Shown piece after piece: positions 49,775 through 56,343 of a stretch of 56,343 nucleotides of DNA. The DNA is from Nemertoderma westbladi (taxonomy: Eukaryota; Animalia; Xenacoelomorpha). How positions within the stretch are numbered: the stretch's first letter is position 1; each line of letters begins with the position of its first letter. A program made the translations under genes and the position numbers. Where the stretch lies: NCBI GenBank assembly GCA_032718475.1, contig JAUCBJ010002310.1, positions 1 to 56,343 of the forward strand, given 5' to 3'. Under the pieces are notes generated by a model. The model was not told where the DNA came from and did not search any database. It saw nothing but the letters and a program-made list of their open reading frames with translations.

Positions 49775-51740
49775 GCCGCTAGAGGGCGAATTGTTCGATA
49801 CTGAAAACCTGATCTCATTGGGTTGTTTTTAATGCTTTTGAGCTGAAACTTGGTTGCTATATACTGCAGCAGCAGCATAGGCTGTATATTTCCGGAGTCA
49901 CTGAGTTGTCCACAGTTCCCCAGTCTACCGTTAGAGGGCTAAATGTCTGAGAGTTAACATCTTCTCCAACTTTGTTATTTACAATCCGTTTAGACTGAAA
50001 CTTGGTAGGCATCTACTACAGCAAAGGCTGTATCTTTACTGAGTCGCAGAGTCGTCTACAATTCCCCAGTCTACCGCTAGAGGGCGAAATGTCTGAAAGT
50101 TAACATCTTCTCCAACTTTGTTATTTACAATCCGTTTAGACTGAAACTTGGTAGGCATCTACTACAGCAAAGGCTGTATCTTTACTGAGTCGCAGAGTCG
50201 TCTACAATTCCCCAGTCTACCGCTAGAGGGCTAAATGTCTGAGAGATAACATCTTCTCCAACTTTGTTATTTACAATCCGTTTAGACTGAAACTTGGTAG
50301 GCATCTACTACAGCAAAGGCTGTATCTTTACTGAGTCGCAGAGTCGTCTACAATTCCCCAGTCTACCGCTAGAGGGCGAAATGTCTGAAAGTTAACATCT
50401 TCTCCAACTTTGTTATTTACAATCCGTTTAGACTGAAACTTGGTAGGCATCTACTACAGCAAAGGCTGTATCTTTACTGAGTCGCAGAGTCGTCTACAAT
50501 TCCCCAGTCTACCGTTAGAGGGCTAAATGTCTGAGAGTTAACATCTTCTCCAACTTTGTTATTTACAATCCGTTTAGACTGAAACTTGGTAGGCATCTAC
50601 TACAGCAAAGGCTGTATCTTTACTGAGTCGCAGAGTCGTCTACAATTCCCCAGTCTACCGCTAGAGGGCGAAATGTCTGAGAGTTAACATCTTCTCCAAC
50701 TTTGTAATTTACAATCCGTTTAGACTGAAACTTGGTAGGCATCTACTACAGCAAAGGCTGTATCTTTACTGAGTCACAGAGTCGTCTACAATTCCCCAGT
50801 CTACCGCTAGAGGGCTAAATGTCTGAGAGTTAACATCTTCTCCAACTTTGTTATTTACATTCCGTTTAGACTGAAACTTGGTAGGCATCTACTACAGCAA
50901 AGGCTGTATCTTTACTGATTCGCAGAGTCGTCTACAATTCCCCAGTCTACCGCTAGAGGGCGAAATGTCTGAAAGTTAACATCTCCTCCAACTTTGTTAT
51001 TTACAATCCTTTTAGACTGAAACTTGGTAGGCATCTACTATAGCATAGGCTATATCTTTGCGGAGTAGTAGAGTCATAGACAGTTCCACAGTCAGCCGCT
51101 AGAGGGCGAATTGTCTGATAGTGAAAACCTCATCCCATTTGGTTCTTTTTAATCATTTTGAGCTGAAACTTGGTTGGTATCTACTACATCATAGGCTGTA
51201 TCTTTACGGGGTTGCAGAATCCTATTCACTTCCCCAGTCTACCGCTAGAGGGTGAAATGTCTGAAAGTTAACATCTTCTCCAACTTGTTATTTACTAACG
51301 GTTTAGACTGAAACTTGGTAGGCTTCTACTACAGCATAGGCTGTACCTTTTCGGAGTCACAGAGTTCTAAGTGGTTAGCATAACTGAACGTTTTTCGGGA
51401 GACGCGGGTTCGATCCCCGCTGGTGGCAGTCCGTATCTGCCGCTAGAGGGCGAAATATCTGATAGTGAACACCTCATCCCATTTGGTTCTTTTTAATCCT
51501 ATTGAGCTGGAACTTGGCAGGAGTCTACTACAGCATATTCTGTATCTTTACGGAGTCCCAGAGTCGTCTACAGTTCTTCAGTCTACCGCTAGAGGGTGAA
51601 ATGTCTGAATGTGAACATCTACACCAATTTTGTTATTTACAATCTGTTTAAGCTGAAACTTGAAAGGCAGGCATTTTACTTCACCATAAACCCAATCTTT
51701 ACCAAACTGCAGCGCCGTCTGCATTTCACCAGTCCGCAGG
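49775..51740 (+). repeat. 146-bp tandem repeat array
   Basis: CCG(C/T)TAGAGGG at 49928, 50074, 50220, 50366, 50512, 50658, 50804, 50950, 51096 and 51242. Confidence 0.95.
51369..51428 (+). pseudogene. tRNA-derived fragment inserted in one repeat unit
   Basis: AGTGGTTAGCATAACTGAACG...GGTTCGATCCCCGCTGGTGGC; lengthens that unit from 146 to 198 bp. Confidence 0.7.
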
Positions 51741-51953
51741 TAGAGGGTGGATCTGAAAGTGATCATTTTCTGGAAATTTTGTTATTTACAATCTGCCTAA
51801 AGTTGAAACTTGACAGTTATCTCTTATGGGGGTGGTGTTTTATTTAATGATGGTGTCTGTTCCGTATGCAGTTCTCAAATCTCCCACACATATTCATATA
51901 TCATCTGCACGTGCACTAGAAAGCTGTGGCCCGAAGGGCCACAGGCTTTCTAG

Positions 51954-53830
51954 TCTATATATATAAATTTCATGTGTCTGTCTGTCTGTTTGTCTGTCCA
52001 AGCTATACGTTTCTACACACAAGCACCAATCGGAGCTCGCGATACATCGAATGAAAGCTCTCGTCTCGAGCACGTGCACTGTCGCTATCTCGAGTCTTAT
52101 TTTAAGTGTTTGTTTACGTGAATGCAAATTTCGTGAATTCGGTACCGGTAGTGCAGTAGGCCTAGCAGTTCATTCTGTCGCTCTACACGTTGTGTCTCGA
52201 CTATTATGCTACTTTTTCATGCGCATCTACGTGATGCAGACTGCCCCGAGCACATAGACGTGAAACGTCGTTATATCGAGGCAAATTTTATGCATCATTT
52301 ATGCGTGAATGCGTATTTGTGGTCAAATTGGGCTATTATTCAATAACAATTTTCAGCCAAATTTGTCAACCAGGAAACTCTATAAAAGCGGTTGCACCAA
52401 CAGACTCAATCTGTTCTAAATGATACTTTGCAGATACGTTCCTGACCATAGAATGTGTGTTTGGGAAGACACTGATCAATCGGCAGTTCTCCAGTCTGCC
52501 ACTAGGGGGCGAAATGTCAGAAAGTGAAAACCTTCTCCCATCTCGTTATTATTAATGCCTTTTAGCTGATACGTGGCAGAGGTCTATTACACCATAGGCT
52601 GTGTGTTTTCGGAGGATGCTGACCAATCTGCAATTCCCCAGTCTGCCGCTAGGTGGAGAAATATCTGAAAGTGAAAACCTTATCCCATTTCGTTGTTTAT
52701 AATGCTTTTTTGCTGATACTTGGCAGAAGTCGACTACACCATAGACTGCGTGTTTGTAGAGAACTCTGAATAATCTGAAATTCCTCTGTCTGCCGGTAGG
52801 GGGCGCAATGTCTGAAAGTGAAAACCTTCACCCATTTTGATGTTTATAATGTTTTTAGGCTGATACTTGTCAGAGGTCTACTACATCAAAGACTGCGTGT
52901 TTGTGGAGAAGTAAGACCAATCTGCAACAGCTCTGTCTCCCGCTAGGGGGCGAAATGTCTGAAAGTAAAAACCTTTATGCATTTCATTGTTTATAATGCT
53001 TTTTTTCTGATACTTGGCAGAGGTCTACTACACCATAGACTGTGTGTTTGGGGAGGAGCTAGAACCAGTCTGCATTTATCCAGTCTACCGCTAGGGGGCC
53101 AAATGTCTGAAAGTGAAAACCTTATCCCATTTCGTTATTAATATGATTTCAGGCTGACACTTGCCAGATGTGTAGTACACCATAGGGTGTATGTCTAGGT
53201 AAGACACCAAACAAACTGCAGTTCTCCATTCGGCCGCTAGGGGGCGAAATCTCTGAAAGTGAAAACCTTATCCCGTTTCGTTGTTTCTAATGCTTTTAGG
53301 CTGATACTTGTCAGAGGTCTACTACACCATAGACTGCGTGTTTGTGGAAAACTCTGACCAATCTGCAATTTCTCAGTCTGCCGCTAGAGGGTGAAATGTC
53401 TCAAGTGAAATCCTTCTCCAATTTCATTGTTTCTAATGCTTTTTTGCTTATACTTGGGAAAGGCATGTTTGACCATAGGCTGTTTGTATGGGGAGGACGC
53501 TAACCAGTCTGCGGATTTCCAGTCTACTGCTGCTAGGGTGCGAAAAATCTGAATCTGAAAAGTAAAAACATTCTCACATTTATTTATTAAAAATGCTTTT
53601 ACGCTGATAATTGTCAGAGGTCTACTGTACTACATCATAAGGCTGCATCTATGTGAAGGACGTTGACCAGTGTAGATATCTGAAAAGTAAAACAGCATCA
53701 GTCCTTTAGTTTGAGAGAACACTCTCAATCATATGAAGTTTTGTTACGTTAATTAATTAATTAATGTTTGGAATGGTGAATAGGCTTGTGAACTAGAAAG
53801 CCGTGGCCCGAAGGGCCACTGGCTTTCTAG
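51954..53830 (+). mobile_element. Non-autonomous Helitron, type B copy 1 (147-bp diverged repeats)
   Basis: 5' TC, (TCTG)n, same 3' hairpin and CTAG; motif anchors at 52499, 52646, 52793, 52940, 53088, 53234 and 53381. Confidence 0.85.
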
Positions 53831-53832
53831 TA

Positions 53833-56343
53833 TCTATATATATAAATATCATGTGTCTGTCTGTCTGTCTGTCTGTTTGTTTGTTTGTCTGTCCAAGCTA
53901 TACGTTTCTACACACAAGCACCAATCTGAGCTCGCGATACATCGAACGAAAGCTCTCGTCACGAGCACGTGCACTGTCGCTATCTCGAGTCTTATTTTAC
54001 GCGTTTGTTTGCGTGAATGCAGATTTCGTGAATTTGGTACCGGTAGCGCAGTAGGCCTAGCAGTTCATTCTGTCACTCTACATGTTGGGTCTCGACTATT
54101 ATGCTACTTTTTGATGCGCATCTACGTGATGCAGACTGCCCTGAGCACATGGACGCGAAACGTCGTTATATCGAGGCGAATTTTATGCATCATTTATGTG
54201 TGAATGGTTATTTGTGGTCAAATTGGGCTATTATTCCATAACAATTTTCAGCCAAATTTGTCAACCAGCAGGGAACTCTATAACAGCGGTTGCACCAACA
54301 GACTCAATCTGTTCTAAATGATACTTTGCAGATACGTTCCTGACCATAGACTGTGTGTTTGGGAAGACACTGATCAATCTGCAGTTATCCAGTCTGTCGC
54401 TAGGGGGCGAAATGTCAGAAAATGAAAACCTTCTCCCATTTCGTTATTATTAATGCCTTTTAGCTTATACGTGGCAGAGGTCTACTATACCATAGGCTGT
54501 GTGTTTTGGAGGATGCTGACTAATCTGCAATTCCCCAGTCTGCCGCTAGGGGGCGAAATATCTGAAAGTGAAAACCTTATCCCATTTCGTTGTTTATAAT
54601 GCTTTTTTGCTGATACTTGGCAGAAGTCGACTACACCATAGACTGCGTGTTTGTAGAGAACTCTGAATAATCTGAAATTCCTCTGTCTGCCGGTAGGGGG
54701 CGCAATGTCTGAAAGTGAAAACCTTCACCCATTTCGTTGTTTATACTGCTTTTTTGCTGATACTTGGCAGAGGTCTACTACACCAAGACTGCCTGTTTGG
54801 GGAGGAGCTAAAACCAGTCTGCATTTCTCCAGTCTACCGCTAGGGGGCCACATGTCTGAAAGTGAAAACCTTATCCCATTTCGTTATTAATAATACTTTT
54901 AGGCTGACACATGGCAGATGTGTATTACACCATAGGGTGTGTGTCTGGAGAGGACGCCGAACAACCTGCAGTTCTCTATTCGGCCGCTGGGGGGCGAAAT
55001 GTCTGAACGTGAAAACCTTATCCCATTTTGATGTTTATAATGTTTTTAGGCTGATACTTGTCGGAGGTCTACTACATCAAAGACTGCGTGTTTGTGGAGA
55101 ACTAAGACCAACCTGCAGTTCTCTATTCGGCCGCTAGGGGGCGAAATGTCTGAACGTGAAAACCCTCTCACATTTCGATGTTTATAATGTTTTTAGGCTG
55201 ATACTTGGCAGAGGTCTACTACATCATAGACTGCGTGTTTGTGGAGGAGCTAGAACCAGTCTGCATTTCTCCAGTCTACTGCTAGGGGGCCCAATGTCTG
55301 AAAGTGAAAACCTTATCCCATTTCGTTATTAATAATGCTCTTAGGCTGACACTTGGCAGATGTGTATTACACCATAGGGTGTGTGTCTGGAATCCCATTT
55401 CGTTATTAATAATGCTTTTAGGCTGACACTTGGCAGATGTGTATTACACCATAGGGTGTTTGTCTGGAGAGGACGCCGAACAACCTGCAGTTCTCTATTC
55501 AGCCGCTAGGGGGCGAAATGTCTGAACGTGAAAACCTTATCCCATTTCGATGTTTATTATTCTTTTAAGCTGATACTTGTCAGAGGTCTACTACATCAAA
55601 GACTGCGTGTTTGTGGAGAACTAAGACCAATCTGCAATTTCTCAGTCTGTCGCTAGAGGGTGGAATCTCTCAAGTGAAATCCTTCTCCCATTTCGTTGTT
55701 TCTAATGCTTTTTTGCTTTTACTTGAGAAATGTATACTTGGCCATAGGTTGTGTGTTTGGGGAGGACGATAACCAGTGTGCAGTTCTCCAATCTACTGCC
55801 AGGGTGCGAAATGTTTGAAAAGTGCAAACATTCTCACATTGATTTATTAAAAATGCTTTTAGGCTGGTAATTGTCGGAGGTCTACTGTACTATGTACATC
55901 ATACGGCTACATCTTTGTGAAGGACGTTGACCAGTCCGCAGTTCTCCAGTCCGCCACTAGGGGACGAATTGTCTGAAAGTGAAATCCTCCCATTTTGATT
56001 CTTGGCAGCGATCTAAAAGTACCTACTAAACTAAATAAACTATACAGTAGGTTGTGTTTACGAGGATGGTAATGACCTGCAGTTCTACAGTTTAACCTTC
56101 TTCCATATTTTTACAATTTGTAATCCTTTGGAAGTGATATTTGGCACGTATCTACTACAACCTGAGCCTTATACAGTATGTTGTAAAGTAGTATGTAGTG
56201 TAGATCTGAAAAGTAAAAGAGTATCAGTCCTTTTGTTTGAGAGAACACTCAATCATATGACGTTTTGTTATGTTAAGTTAAGTGAATTAATTAATTCATG
56301 TTTGGAATGGTGAACTAGAAAGCCGTGGCCCGAAGGGCCACTG
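53833..56343 (+). mobile_element. Non-autonomous Helitron, type B copy 2 (cut by the window end)
   Basis: Colinear with B1 but has more repeat units; the window ends just after the inner 3' hairpin, before the terminal CTAG. Confidence 0.85.

Larger units (their letters stand above)
48950..51953 (+). mobile_element. Non-autonomous Helitron, type A copy 3 with expanded 146-bp array
   Basis: Same ends as copies 1 and 2, plus about a dozen internal repeat units. Confidence 0.85.

Noticed and set aside
49775-56100. CRISPR-like regular repeats
   Set aside because: Whole units repeat with no unique spacers, there are no cas genes, and the context is eukaryotic.
47182-56313. Repeated short ORFs in the Helitron array
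   Set aside because: By-products of repeat duplication; no Rep/helicase or other motifs.

Overview
AT-rich animal (probably invertebrate bilaterian) genomic window dominated by transposable elements; it is not prokaryotic. Host-like genes: two coding exons of a galactose-3-O-sulfotransferase (3702-4302, 5394-5799, +) and a two-exon secreted Ly6/three-finger-like protein (28561-27837, -) missed by the ORF track. Mobile DNA: a complete but decayed 15.3-kb BEL/Pao LTR element (11997-27306, -, TSD CAATG) with an extra ~500-codon unknown ORF downstream of pol; three 5'-truncated (TAG)n-tailed RTE LINEs, one nested in the BEL LTR; a second LINE (29.4-31.5 kb); a Chapaev/Transib-like transposase remnant; a 4.2-kb Gypsy element (36394-40616, TSD ATAG, tRNA-Gln PBS) ending in a PHD finger; a decayed IS3EU-like transposase facing an intron-containing G2E3-like HECT ligase pseudogene; and several MITEs. 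The last 10 kb is a head-to-tail array of five non-autonomous Helitrons whose internal 146/147-bp repeats each carry a CTCF-consensus-like motif. Best leads: the Helitron CTCF-like arrays, the PHD-tipped Gypsy, the transposase+HECT unit and the BEL accessory ORF. Family names come from remembered motifs, not from database searches.
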